From: a virus
Lineage: Duplodnaviria; Heunggongvirae; Uroviricota; Caudoviricetes
Reading direction: 5' to 3' (one strand)
Virus record (IMG/VR): IMGVR_UViG_3300020045_006153
Span: 211,550 to 275,549 of that record
DNA length: 64,000 nucleotides
Below, in pieces: positions 8,068 to 21,400 of the stretch. The translations under genes were made by a program, and so were the position numbers. Under the pieces are notes generated by a model, which worked only from the letters and a program-made list of their open reading frames with translations, did no database searches and was not told the origin of the DNA. Positions within the stretch are counted from its first letter, which is position 1. Each line of letters begins with the position of its first letter.

Positions 8068-8281
8068 GTACTTTTATTTTTTCAAATGCCCGACGTTGTT
8101 GTTCATCACGGTACCCTTGTATTGCTAATGCAACTTGATGGCTTAAACTGCCATCGCCCATTTTAGCAGCAATAGAATATTTTTTATTAAGGTCAACTAA
8201 TTTTGCATCAATGTCTACATCTTTAAGAGTAGTAAGATCAGGAAGGAGTGGATGAAACATAAAAATATTTATTAGATACAA
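8018..8281 (-). CDS. hypothetical protein
   Basis: Likely start MFHPLLPDL at 8260; coiled-coil character. Confidence 0.7.
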   Translation of the reverse strand: MYLINIFMFHPLLPDLTTLKDVDIDAKLVDLNKKYSIAAKMGDGSLSHQVALAIQGYRDEQQRRAFEKIKVLVNKQDKDLGSLINVD

Positions 8282-8295
8282 CAGTTCTCTATAAA

Positions 8296-10059
8296 TTAGT
8301 TGTTATTTAATACATCTAATTGTAATTGCATAACGTCTAATCTAGCAGATAATTTATCATTTTCTATCGAAAGATCTTGTATTGCTTTAACTAAGACTGG
8401 TAATAAATTACCAGGAGTTGCTTCAAGTTTATTTGGATTATCTTCTAATACTAATTTTAACGAATCTTTAACATTATATTTCTTTTGTAAAATATCAAGA
8501 TCCTGTGCAAGAAATCCAAATTCGTCAATTCCAAATTTAGTTCCATCACGCGAGTCCCATGTAAATTTAACAGGACGAATTTCTTTAATAAAATCTAATC
8601 CAATCGGAATACCTGCAATATTAGTTTTATCTCGACAATCCGATAATGAAGTAATAGTAGTTACATTTGCACGTAATGAAGTAATACTAGCATTTCCAAA
8701 TGTTATTGAATTTGATGATGCCGGACTTGCTGCGTTAGAGCAGGCCCCTATAAATGTGTTGTTATTTCCATATGAATATGCATATCCGGCGCCAAACCCT
8801 AAAGCAGAATTTCTTTCTCCGTAATTATTATACAAAGCACATACTCCTACGCCTGCTTTGTTATCGCCGCCGGCGCTTGTACCAGCAAGATTACCAATAA
8901 ATATATTGTTGCATCCGTTCTCATCATTATCGCCAGCAAATCGACCTAGCGAAATATTATGGCATCCTGTTTTGTTCGCCGATAACGCCCCTTCTCCGAT
9001 TGCAATATTATGAGATCCGTATTTATTTTCGTTAAGGGTATTACACCCAAATGCTACATTAGAATTTCCACTAGAATTGTTAGTTAATGAAGTATACCCG
9101 ATTGCAATATTATCACTGCCATAAGTAACACTATCACGATCACCAATTCCGGCTGTACCATATAATGCACCATATCCAATTGCTGTATTATTACCTCCGG
9201 TAGTATTAAAAAATAAAGCAGTACAGCCAATTGCAACGTTATTACAACTAGTTGTATTATTATATAATGCATTTCTGCCTGCGGCAAAATTACTCATCCC
9301 GCAACCATTATTATACAATGCACTGTGTCCTAGTGCAACGTTATCATTACCCATTGAAGTCACTGGCCCCGATGGACTGCCACAACCGGCCGGTGGAGTA
9401 AATGGTGTACCGTATAATGCTGAATTTCCAATTGCAATATTATTATTCCCCAAATCAACAGTTCTTAGTGCGTCATAGCCAGCAGCATAATTGTTATTAC
9501 CAAATGTATTGCAATACGAACTACCATACCCAATTGCAATATTATTACAGCCAGTAGTATTATTACCTAATGCCCCGTATCCTTGTGCATTATTATTATT
9601 ACCAGTAGTATTAACTGATAGTGACATTTGCCCTAACGCAATATTATTTTCACCGGTCATTGTTATGTTACCAACACAATAACCTAACAAAGTAGAACCA
9701 TTAGTTGCAGTGGAAGTATATCCGTATACAGTACCAGTTCTTGTTGGAAGTGCAGTGGGTGTAGGAGTAGCAACACTGCCGCTGCCGCCAATAGGAACAA
9801 ATTGGTTGTATATGTTATAAACAAATAATTTATTATACGCCGGGTCAGTATTAAACCATAGTTGGCCGACCATCGGATTTCGAGGTTGATAAGTCGATGC
9901 AAAATTTTCTAATAAATTTACTAAACTATTATTATAAAATTCACCGTATGGTTCTACATTTTTTCCAACTAATGTTAGACTAGTAGTAATTTGATCTACT
10001 TTACCAACACCTAGTGTTAATAAAATAGTACCGTCAGTTTTTAAAATGGTATATGACAT
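8296..10059 (-). CDS. tail fibre with G-x-x-N-x-A-x-G beta-roll repeats and C-terminal intramolecular chaperone (peptidase S74-like)
   Basis: About 14-aa NNIAIG repeats; SDCRDKTNI cleavage motif; GFLAQD...LVKAIQDL coiled coil; N-terminal attachment domain shared with the next gene. Confidence 0.85.
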   Translation of the reverse strand: MSYTILKTDGTILLTLGVGKVDQITTSLTLVGKNVEPYGEFYNNSLVNLLENFASTYQPRNPMVGQLWFNTDPAYNKLFVYNIYNQFVPIGGSGSVATPTPTALPTRTGTVYGYTSTATNGSTLLGYCVGNITMTGENNIALGQMSLSVNTTGNNNNAQGYGALGNNTTGCNNIAIGYGSSYCNTFGNNNYAAGYDALRTVDLGNNNIAIGNSALYGTPFTPPAGCGSPSGPVTSMGNDNVALGHSALYNNGCGMSNFAAGRNALYNNTTSCNNVAIGCTALFFNTTGGNNTAIGYGALYGTAGIGDRDSVTYGSDNIAIGYTSLTNNSSGNSNVAFGCNTLNENKYGSHNIAIGEGALSANKTGCHNISLGRFAGDNDENGCNNIFIGNLAGTSAGGDNKAGVGVCALYNNYGERNSALGFGAGYAYSYGNNNTFIGACSNAASPASSNSITFGNASITSLRANVTTITSLSDCRDKTNIAGIPIGLDFIKEIRPVKFTWDSRDGTKFGIDEFGFLAQDLDILQKKYNVKDSLKLVLEDNPNKLEATPGNLLPVLVKAIQDLSIENDKLSARLDVMQLQLDVLNNN

Positions 10060-10064
10060 AGGAA

Positions 10065-11768
10065 TTAGTACTTTATAATATAGAAAAGATTATGTTGATT
10101 TCGTCCAGCGAATGCAGGACTCGATACCGGAGTAGTTAGAGTAGGCAACGGAACAGTGCCAGTTACCAGTACTCCATACGTTGTTTGAATTGCGTCATAT
10201 AAATCAGGATATGTTGTTACAGATACCCGAGAGCCGTCGCACAGTAGCCAACCAGGCGGGGTACTATTTCCACCCCATAATAATACAGATCCTGCAGGCA
10301 TTACGTCTTGTAAAAAAGCACCCTTTGTTATACTATAGACTCCAGTTGTTGCAGTTGAACCTGAGTCAATCGAAACTAATATAGAAGTAGAACTGTTTAC
10401 AGCAATATCATCCCAATTTGGCTGACCCGATATAGTGCTCGTACTAAATTGTGCTTCAATAATTACATCTGCGCCGTCACCATAAAATAATGCAGAAGAT
10501 GCAGCATCATTACTTGCCAATTGACCGCTTAATTTTATTCTAGACGGAGTTGTTAAACGAGTTGCTGCGCCTGCAAACGAATTAGCATAAATTGTCCTAT
10601 ACGGATTAGTAACTGTTCCGATATCATACGTGCTCGAAGTAAGTGGTTTTATACTCACCGAAGTAACTGTATTAACAAATCCAATAGTTCCATTAAAATT
10701 TGTTTGACCAGTTACATTTAGTCCACCAACTGTTAACGTACCGCTAATATTCCCTGCACCTGATACACCTAGCGCACCGTGTACGTCTAATTCATATAAA
10801 GGTAAATCAGTATTAATTCCTATATAATGATTAATTTTATCAGATTTACCTTGTATAACAAATGCAGGAGTAAGCGATTCAGAACTATTAATTGCCGAGA
10901 ATATAATTTGTCCAGATGACTGAAGCGTTGATAACGTAACTGCACCTGAAGAAGTTTTTGCAATTGCTAATACAGGTGCGACTACATCTCCAAATCTAAG
11001 CATATTAGTATCAGAAAATGTTAAATTAGTTGCCATAATTTGTGCAGAGGCACCTACATCTTTTCTTACAAACTGATCCGCTTTTACTGCTACAGACGAA
11101 GATACTTGCAACGCGTCAGATGAAGTAGATATACCGTTAAATCGAGAAGCAACTCCTTTAAAAGATGATTTTGTTAAATTAACACCCGGTAATAATGAAG
11201 TAAAACCACTAATAACTAGCGCCGGAGTAAATGACGCTTTTGCAATAATCGAAATTACATCACCACTTACATATTCTTTTACTACAATATGAGATGCACC
11301 ATTAGTGTCTATAATAGTTTCTGCTTTTGTTCCAGACATCAATCCGTTAGCAAACTGCGGACCAATTAACAACCAGTTGACTCCGTTGTAAATATTTAAT
11401 TGCTGTGCACTAGTGTTAACCCAGACATCGCCGACTGATGCAGTAGCAGGAGCAGAGTTTTGTTGATAAATTCCGTTTGCAGGTATCCAGTCTTCTGCCG
11501 AGCCAGTTGTATTAATTTTTAATTTACCACTAGAAGAAGTATCATACCATAATTGGCCTTTTACAGGAGGATATGGTGCTACTGCATTTGCAAAATGCTC
11601 TAGAAGATGCAAATAATTTTCAGATATAACAGGACCGTAATTTCTATAATTAGGACCAGGTAATGTTAAACTAGTAGAAGTATTTGCATTACCGTTTGTA
11701 ATTATTAATGGCGCACGATGTACAGAATCTGTAAAATTAATAGTGTATGTAGATGCAGTAGTTGCCAT
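10065..11768 (-). CDS. tail fibre / baseplate protein with tail-collar domain
   Basis: C-terminal MPAGSVLLWGG...PPGWLLCDGS...YPDLYDAI collar motif; N-terminal L-E-x-FA...GQLWYD domain. Confidence 0.85.
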   Translation of the reverse strand: MATTASTYTINFTDSVHRAPLIITNGNANTSTSLTLPGPNYRNYGPVISENYLHLLEHFANAVAPYPPVKGQLWYDTSSSGKLKINTTGSAEDWIPANGIYQQNSAPATASVGDVWVNTSAQQLNIYNGVNWLLIGPQFANGLMSGTKAETIIDTNGASHIVVKEYVSGDVISIIAKASFTPALVISGFTSLLPGVNLTKSSFKGVASRFNGISTSSDALQVSSSVAVKADQFVRKDVGASAQIMATNLTFSDTNMLRFGDVVAPVLAIAKTSSGAVTLSTLQSSGQIIFSAINSSESLTPAFVIQGKSDKINHYIGINTDLPLYELDVHGALGVSGAGNISGTLTVGGLNVTGQTNFNGTIGFVNTVTSVSIKPLTSSTYDIGTVTNPYRTIYANSFAGAATRLTTPSRIKLSGQLASNDAASSALFYGDGADVIIEAQFSTSTISGQPNWDDIAVNSSTSILVSIDSGSTATTGVYSITKGAFLQDVMPAGSVLLWGGNSTPPGWLLCDGSRVSVTTYPDLYDAIQTTYGVLVTGTVPLPTLTTPVSSPAFAGRNQHNLFYIIKY

Positions 11769-11769
11769 A

Positions 11770-12417
11770 TTATGCTCCGCCAGTTAAACTTTGAATTCTA
11801 ACTGTGTAATCAATTTGAATTAATCGATTTAATGATTTTTGAACAGGGTGAAATATAACATGAGTAATTAGTGGTCCAGTATTTTCACCTGTTGGGCTAT
11901 AACTACGCAATCCTAATTCATCAAATACAAATGCACCATCTTGATTTAAACTATTATCAAATGCTGCTTGACCAGCGGGTTCACCGAAATCTAACAAACA
12001 AGTAACTAACACGTCTGAATAATATGCACCAGCAATATGCCGAATTTCCATAAAATTTCGAGTAGTATCTAGATTAAACGGATTTGTTGCATCAACTACT
12101 TTATAATATGTTTGGTTGTATAATGCTGCATTAGATCCAACAGTATTTGGTGTCAAGTAAGTAATAATACCAGTTGGATCTATTCTGCTGCCACCATTGC
12201 CAAACGACATTTCAGTAATAAACCCTTTACCAATGTTAGCAACACTACCAGCAAGGGCAAGACTAAAATTTTCATAGTGAATTGCATTACGTTTATCAAC
12301 GTATACTTGTTTAGATTCCGGATCGTGTATTTTAATATGACCTGTAATAGTTATATTACCTGTTTCATTAGGTTTTGAAGATTGTTGCATAGTGTTGTTC
12401 ATGTTAAGCCTGTCCAT
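11770..12417 (-). CDS. virion structural protein (baseplate/tail-associated)
   Basis: In baseplate operon; FDELGL...THVIFHPVQKS; start taken at 12417, 5 nt after TAAATA (12428-12423). Confidence 0.7.
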   Translation of the reverse strand: MDRLNMNNTMQQSSKPNETGNITITGHIKIHDPESKQVYVDKRNAIHYENFSLALAGSVANIGKGFITEMSFGNGGSRIDPTGIITYLTPNTVGSNAALYNQTYYKVVDATNPFNLDTTRNFMEIRHIAGAYYSDVLVTCLLDFGEPAGQAAFDNSLNQDGAFVFDELGLRSYSPTGENTGPLITHVIFHPVQKSLNRLIQIDYTVRIQSLTGGA

Positions 12418-15400
12418 AGTGATATTTATCCGGCAGCGCAGCAAGTCCTAAACTCAAGAATAATGCTTCAGAACTGGTACTAGCAACTAGCGATACTCCT
12501 GGTAGTTGCCAACGGCCGTCAGTTGATGTGCGTTTATTCAACACTCTAAGATGCTGCCCACTTTGTATTCCATCCTTTAAATTTAAAACTACAGCATTTG
12601 TAAGGGTATTAACGGTGTATTCTTTTTCTCTAAAATTCAATCCGTTGTAAACATATCCGTTTATAGCACGAGTTTCTAATGAATTTTGATATACCCAAAT
12701 ATGATTTGTCGCAGTTACAATATATGCCCTTGTTAAAATATTAGTAACAGGCAAATCAGCAGGAGTAGCAACTGCACCAGCAATTATTACAGCAGACGAA
12801 TCATATGCAATTGCAGGATCATGATATGAAGTATCTGTTTTGTTTAATAATCGTCCGGCGTAAAATACATCAATCTGATCAGCAGGATCTGTAAGTAAAG
12901 TAACTGACCCATATTGTTTAGGATCAGTTACAATATTAATAACGCCAGTAAAAGAATAAGAAGTTTGTGTGTTAACTGTAAGAGTGTTTAATACTTCAAA
13001 TACTTGTTGACCTTGAAAAATTGTTTGATCTCTCCCTTGATCCATTACTTCTGTTCCGATCGGATATGAATCGCGAGCGCCGGTTCCTAATGTTGCTCTA
13101 CGTAAACTACTCAATATATTTCCTGTTTTAACCATGTATTCGATTCGCTCACCTGCTACTGAAATTACACCAGCATATACACTACCAGCGATAGGCGTCG
13201 GTAATACAGATGCGTCGGCAACTGAAATAGTAGTCGACGTACTGTATAAAGTTGCAGTCAATGCTGTAGCATTTGCCTTTGCTAAACGCTTGTAATGTTC
13301 TCTTCCGAAAATATCTTTAAACATTTTAAAACCAAATATTGTTCCAGTATTATTTGTATCTACTGTAAACACACTAATGGCAACACTTTCTAATACTTCT
13401 CCCGGAATAACTTCTTCGGGTGCAGATTTTACATCAGGTGAAATAAAGTCGCTACCCGATAAAATAACATCTTCAGGATTAACTCCTAATGCTCCTGCAT
13501 TTTTCCCACCTGTAAATGATCCTCCTGTAATCACAGTGTCAATACTTCGCTCTGCTACAATTGCATGCAATACAGGAGCAATTGCAGTTAATGTAGATAT
13601 CACATTAATTAGTGGTGCTTTTGTATAACCACTTCCTGGATTAATAATTTTTACAGAAACAATAGTTCCTGAACTAACATATGCAAGGGCTTCTGCTGGT
13701 TCAACATCATCAGATAGGTCTGCTACAATTTGAATTTGAGGAGGAGAAGTATAGCCAGCTCCTCCAAATTCTACAACAATTCCTTCAACACCAAAAGTGT
13801 CTGGTCCAAAAAATTCTTGGCCAAACGGTTGCGCACCCCAGTTATTTGTATAATCAAATGGTAATGTTTGAATAGAAGTACCAGGAAAAGATAATCCATT
13901 CATTAATTGATCAGGGTCAATACCTGGCATACCAATTGTAGGTGTATAATAATCTTCAATTCTATCAACCGCATGATATACGTCATACCCTTTATTATAA
14001 GTAATTGACAGAATTTGGCCAGTCACTGGTGTAGTTACAAACACCACTTTAGAGTATTTTTTATGGTACCCGTTATACATTGCAGTATAATCAACAATAT
14101 TATACGCATCTGCTAATACAGTAATACCGTCTAATCGAATATCAATAGATAATTTATCATGCTTTGCTGGCCACGATAATGGATAATCCTTTGTATGAAA
14201 AGTACAAACAAAACTGTCAGTTATTCGTTGTTCTCCTATTTCTCTAACGCCGGTTATTCTGTCAAATTTCATTCCAATAGTAGTAGAACGAATAGTATCA
14301 TTAATAATATTAACATATCCAGTAGCAGTTATAGGCACAAGTACTGCATCAGTCGAAGTTGATGTAGAAAAACCACCAGTAAAAGTAATCGTAGGAGGAA
14401 CTATATATCCTGTCCCTGGATTTAATATTTCAATACTAGAAACTTTTCCTCCGGCGATATACGCTACTGCAACTGTACCTGTTCCATTATCTCCAGGCGC
14501 AGGTACAATAGTAACAATAGGCGGAGTTTGATAACCATGGCCGCCATCTTTAATAGTTACTGCACTAACTGATAATTTATAATTATCAGTCCATGATTTG
14601 CGAGGATAAGAATTTAATGCAATATTATCTAACTCAATAGGTACAAATTGATTAGTTTCAGTGTCATACATTGCAGGAAGATCAAAATCAGTTGAATACG
14701 TTTGTGTATTATCAATTACATCATAATCAATTTCAAACGTACGGATCTTTGTATGATACGGTTTAACTTCTTCAATGTAACTTTCATAATACGCACTATT
14801 TTGAAACTTATAAGAAGTGCGTTGATCTAACGCTCCTGCTTTATTACGAACTTTAATAAACGACGTTTTAAATGCCCAGTCTAAGAATAGTTGTTCAGAC
14901 ATTGCGTATTTGACTGCCTTAAAGAAGAATTTATTCCAGTATATTTTTAAAGGCCCTACAAAAATATCATTTTTAATAGCCAATAAAATATTAGAAAGTT
15001 CAATCTCAGGAGATTGATCAAATAATGTCTGATCAAAAGTATTTAGGTAATCCCAATTATATTTAGAATCAACCGTATTCCATAACACATCGCTAAATTT
15101 AATAGTACCTTTTTCACTATAAATTAGATTATAATTAGTAGAGTATGTACCAGATGATGCAACTTTTTCTAGTATAATATATCTGCCGTTTCCTTGATTT
15201 TTTACCTTAACATAATCACCTATCGAAAGTGATACAGTATCGAGCAAATAAGGTTCGTCGATTGTAGTAACTAAAGGAGTTAATGGATTAAAGGTCATTG
15301 CCCTCCAATCAACATAATCCCAATATAATGGTGTATCAAATTCCTGTGTATGAATTTTAACCCATTCATTAGAATCTAATTGATAAGTTGCCCATTTATT

Positions 15401-18400
15401 ATTACTGTTAATATCAACATTAACAATTGCAGTATACGGCCGTACAGTAATAGTCGGTGCAGAAATAAATTTTGAACCGCCATTAATAACAGTTGCAGAA
15501 ATAACCTCTCCGATCTCATTAATTTCAGTAGTTATAGAAACACCGGTTTCGTCACCAAGTACCACCGGAATAGGTGCAACTAGATATCCTGTTCCAGAAT
15601 CAATAATATTAATTGAACTAATTTTTCCATTTACTACATTACACGTAAGTTCAGCAGGTGTTATATTTGCTGTAGATATTGCGGTTAATCCTTCGATATT
15701 TTCAACTAAACTATCGTACATTCCTGCAGGTATTGATTCACTTAAATTTAATGTAGTAAAGTCTACAAAATCAGAAATAACATATTCAGTCGTACTTAAT
15801 ATAGTATTAACATAGTCTATTGCATTTCTTAATGCTCCTACTCGATCTTTAAACATCGACTGGTTAGGCCTAATACTTATTCCATATCTAATTCTAGAAG
15901 TTAACAACGGATCAGGTAATATATTTCCGCGACTATCTTTACCCAATAAACTATCTAATAATTTTTGTTCTAACATTGCAGTAGGCATACTTACTGCACT
16001 ATCTTCTTCTAATAATAACCATTCAGAGTGCTTGTTAGTATTAACTCCTGCGTTATCTTTAGAAATATTAATATTAATTTCGTTAAATCGCAACGTATCT
16101 TTTACGTTAGTAACTGTAATTGCATCAAGTGCTATAAAAGAAACATACTTAATTCCATAATTTGCAGGGTTATAAATCATACTCGACGTATCACTTGCTG
16201 ATAATTTTCTATCAGGATGGTTTGGTAATACTGTTGTATTTTTAACCCAAAAGTAATACACGTTTGTTGCAGCACCAGTAATAGTATTATAATATTGAGT
16301 AACACTAACAATTGAATCATCTATATACTTAGGAATACCACTAATTCCTTGAGCGGCACCGTCAATTGTGTCAGTCAATGCAGCCCATTGGCTAGGTAAA
16401 TATTCACTTTGCACCCATTCGTATACATCAATAGATGCTCCTGGAAATAATTTACCCCATGAATTCTTTCTATAAGTTAAATCTCCTTGTTCAGCCCATA
16501 TATATTTTACTGTAGATAAATCCCACCATAGTTGACCAACTTGGTTAGTTGACCAACTTGCTTCTAAGTCAACTACAACCGATGAAGTACCAACACTATA
16601 TGTTGCTGGATCAAATGCTGTTTTGTATCGAATCTCTCTATCTGCTAAACTAGGTATACGACCTTTAATAGGATCAAAAATATCTAAGTAATCTATTATT
16701 TGTTCAGAAATTGTATCAATTGTAATTGCTCTGTTGATTTTAGAAAGATCAACAGAGTCTACCTGTGTCCTATATTGTGCCCAACTATATACTCCTTTTT
16801 TATACACTGCCCATTTATTATTTGTGTTTTCATCAACCCAAATTAATTCACCAACAGTTAATGCTAATTGTGCAGATAATGTAGCAATGTCTGCATAGTT
16901 GTGAACACGAACGCTACTAAATTTATGCAACGTTGCAGTAGTAGTAGGAGGTATAATAATAGTAAGTGCAGTAGACACTACAAAATGAGTACTATCAATA
17001 ATCGAAAGAACTTTATATATTCCGTCTGTGTTATTTGTAAATCCAGTTATAGAAATAATATCATTAATCGATAACAAATGATTACTAGAAGTTTCAAAAG
17101 TAAGAGTTAGAAGAGATTGATCTAGTACACAGTTAGTAACTGTAGTTTGAAGTAATGAATACCGCAATACATCCCAATCGTTATTTTCTTTAAATCCTAC
17201 CCAAATAGTATCTCCTACAGTTAATGCAGTGTTGTCAACAATATTAAGAATACTATCTATATTATAAGCAGTAGCAGTAACATCGTCCAATCGAACATAC
17301 CCCGCAGTAGGTAATACTGACTTATCATCTAAGTAAGTTGAATATATAGGAGAAAAAATCGATGACGATACATAGTCACCTGGGATAATCATTTCAGAAG
17401 GTTCTATGTATGAAATAGTATCCATTGCAGACGGAACATAACTATCTACAAATTTAACAATTTGAGAATTTTCTCTAAAATCTAATTCTTTTAATGGTGC
17501 TTCTATTTCTTCGTACGAATTAAAATTACCAAATGACCCTACTCTAAATGCCCATTCTTCAGTAAATGAGATTTGTCCCTGTAAATTGTGAATGCTTGCT
17601 TTTGCAAGTTTATCAATTGCGTTACGTGTTCCTTTTTCACGAATAAACCCTTGATAGAATTTATATTGTGCAATAGGATTTACAAAAATATTATCAAGAT
17701 AAGTACGGGGAGTATATCCAATTAAATGCTGTGCCATTTTTTGTTGAGCAGCATCAAAATTGTCAATATCTAAACTATAAAAATCTTCAAACTGGTTAAT
17801 TTTATAATCAAAGTTCGGAAGTAATTGTGCAACTGGTTTATTACCTAATAAATTCCACTTAGTTGCATCAAATAATGTGCTACCAACAATGCTATTAATT
17901 GCCGAATAGTATTTCCCTGCATATTTTACAACTTCAGCGGCCTTATAATTAGTATATGCAGCCCAATCATTAACTTGTGCACTATCATAGATAAATCCCG
18001 GACTTAAAAATTCTCCATTCCATGACGAAGTTCTAAATCCAATCAATCTAATTCTGCTTTGTCGATATCCAGTTTCAATGTCATAAACTACATCGTTAAA
18101 CATACTTTTGTTTACAAGTATTAATGCATGCTCTTTTTGTACAAGATTTAATTTAGCAAAAAATAAACCTTCAGTAGTATTCTTTGTTGCAATAGTACAA
18201 ATACCATCAACTCTACTTAAATTAAAATTGTTTGCAGGAAACGGAGTCCCTGACGCACTTAATAAACTATAATCATAAAAACTAGAAAGCACGTTATCAA
18301 CTACTGCATTTGTAAATTTATATTTGATAGTATTTGCAAAAGGACTTAAGGTAATAACTGTGCCATTTGCCCAATTTTGAGTAGTCCAATATAAAAATTC

Positions 18401-21400
18401 TTTTCCAGTAAACTTCCAATCAAGAACTTGTGCAAGTTCTTGATTGTATTCGTCAAATATAAATCCCTGTTCTTCTAGCCAATATCCATATCCAACAATA
18501 AGATCATATACTTCTTGAATAGAGTTATATCTAGTGCCATACGGAACCATGACAGCAGTGTCAGCGTGCGTAATCGACGATAGTACCGAAGTTCCTCCTA
18601 TGATAGGCAATGTACTTAACTGTACAAAATTACCAGGTGTAAATGTTACGCCTGAAGTATGCCCATTTAATACCCTATAAAAACTAGAACCAAAATTAAC
18701 AATTTGACCTGTTTGATAAAATGACGATGCTTTCCATGTTAGATACGATTCAGTTTTGCCACCTACTGTTACGGCTCCGCCAGTTAATCTATGCACAGGT
18801 GCATATACCATAAAATAAGGAGCACTAGGATCATATCCCTTTACAATAAATTGCCCATTTTGCTTTTCTACAACAATACCAGATATAGGAATAGATTTAA
18901 CTGGATTACTAACGTTAAAAAATAATGAATAATCTTCGCTAGGTAATACTACTCCAGGGTTAACGGTCGACGGACTAACAGAATCAATAATAATTTCTAA
19001 TTTATCCTTACTAGCAAAGCCGGCCATTTTGTGAAACAAATTAAAGTTTGCGGCCTGCATATCTTGTTTTAATGTAGGCAAATATGATGCTGAACGAAAT
19101 TTACCGTGTTCAATAACCCATACACTGTATCCAGAAGCCAACACAACATTACCACTTGTATCAGTATCAGAAAATAAAGAAACAGTAGAAGGTGATAAAA
19201 ACACCTCATCTGGACCATAGTTATATTGACTAGTAATATCTTTCGATAACCTGCTAGGATCAAATAACATAGATGCGTAAGATGCAGGTTGTGTTAATGC
19301 TAAAATTGTTTGAACTGCAAATGGCCACAGCGAACTTCTGCGCCATGCTGCTTCAACAGGCCCAATATCCCCAAATGCCCAGTCTTGTTCAGTATCATTT
19401 ATACTGTCATTTAATTTTAAACCAGCCCATTCACGCACGTCAACAACGTTGCCGCTTTCGTCTACAGGGATAATTTGTGATAAATTAGGACGGACAAAAT
19501 TTAAATCAATACCTGCTCTGATTCCTTGACGGATAGTGCCAGATTCTAAATCATTCCATAATTCTAAATTGCCAGAAGTATACGGCGCTGGACCATACTG
19601 ATCATCCCACCAAATTGGTTTAATACTAAATCCAAGCATTTCCCAGGGATGAGTATTCGGACGGTCAGTGTCAAAGTAAAATTTATAAATGCTTCTCCAA
19701 CTACCTGGTAACAATTCGTTAAACATGTAATCAGTGGCTGATTTAAAATTATAAGTTTTATGATTAGTAACAGAATACGTATCGTTAACAATTGGATCTA
19801 ATCCGTATACACTAGTCCATTTTAAGAAATCACCTCTGATAAGATTAGAAATCTCTGAATAACTATAATTATTTTTTCTAAATAATCCAGGTGTTGCAGT
19901 ATGAACATTAACTAATTCACTATTATACGTTGCTTTAATGTTATTAAATACTCGAGTCTCATATTCTAATAATGCAAGATCAATGTAATTATTATCTTCA
20001 TTTATATCAGTAAACGCAATAGTTATAGATCCGTCATGCCCTTGTATAACTTTTTTAGGACCATTTGCAAAATTAGGATCAACATAGATAGAGGGTTCAT
20101 ACTTAGGATATAATCCTAATTTTGTAGGTGTCGGAGGAATATACGACCCAACAGTAGATATGTAATCTTTAATTACAACTGTATCGCCTCTAATTAATGG
20201 AGTTGAAATAGTAATACCTGCATCAAACAGATCAAATGTGTAATCTTTATCAAGCGTTAACAATCGATCGTTAAGGTACACTAAAATTGCACGATTACTT
20301 AATAAATTAGGATCATATATAGACGACAATGCATACGACTTGTTCCTTGGCTCAGACACAGTATACAAATGACTTGAATTATTATTTCCATATCCTGCCA
20401 TATCACTTAATGCATACGGGAAGGCTGAATTTTTAGTTAATATAATTGTTGCAAGTGCTGCGTCAACTATTTCAGCAGTAGTTAATTGATTATTTCCTTG
20501 AATAATAGTATTAATTAAATTATTTTTAAATTGATAATAATCAACACTAGTTTTCTTAATTGCAGAAATTACACTGTTTTCGGGATCAGTAATAAAATAA
20601 TGTGCAAACGATAAAGGATTTTGATTACTGATTAATCGAGTACCATATTTTGAAATGTTAGATAAACTATTTAAATTACTTGTGCCAGGAAATTCTCCAA
20701 TAAATTCCGGAGATCGATCGACCATAGATTTAACATGATCAGAAATTTCACTCAATGTAAATGTTAAAATTTTTCCATTTAATGGATTGTTTGTTAAATT
20801 CAAAGGAGTTTCATACGTCCCGTTACTGTTAGGTGTTGCAGAAGAAATACATTTTAATAATACCTTTGCTGCGGTAACTGTGCCATTTAACGGAGTATTA
20901 AATACAACAAATTTCTGTTTTTCAACTGTTATGATTTCATAATCAGCAGTTTCTGTTTTTTTAACATTATTAACAAATACTGATATTTCTAAATCCTCAA
21001 TTACTCCCGGATTATCAAAAATAGTTATTTCAATAGAACTAACAATATCAGTGATTGACTGAAATTGTAACACTGGAATATCATATACTTGCTCTACTTC
21101 CCAAATATTAACATATGCTGGTGAAGGGCCGTTTATTTTTAAATAAGCAGTATATGTCGGAATTATATCATACACAGTTGACCCTGCGTTTACTTCTGTA
21201 AAAGATCCACTATTAAAATAATTCGTAAACAAATAAGTGCCTTCAACTCCAACATTGTTATAGTTTAGCGGAAATCCCAATATCGAATCAGCAGTTCCTT
21301 CTCCTATTGAATATCCAAATATTGCATTTCCAATAAAATCAGTATTGTGATAAACAGTATCACTATAACTATGACCAAATTCATCATATAAATCAAATAA

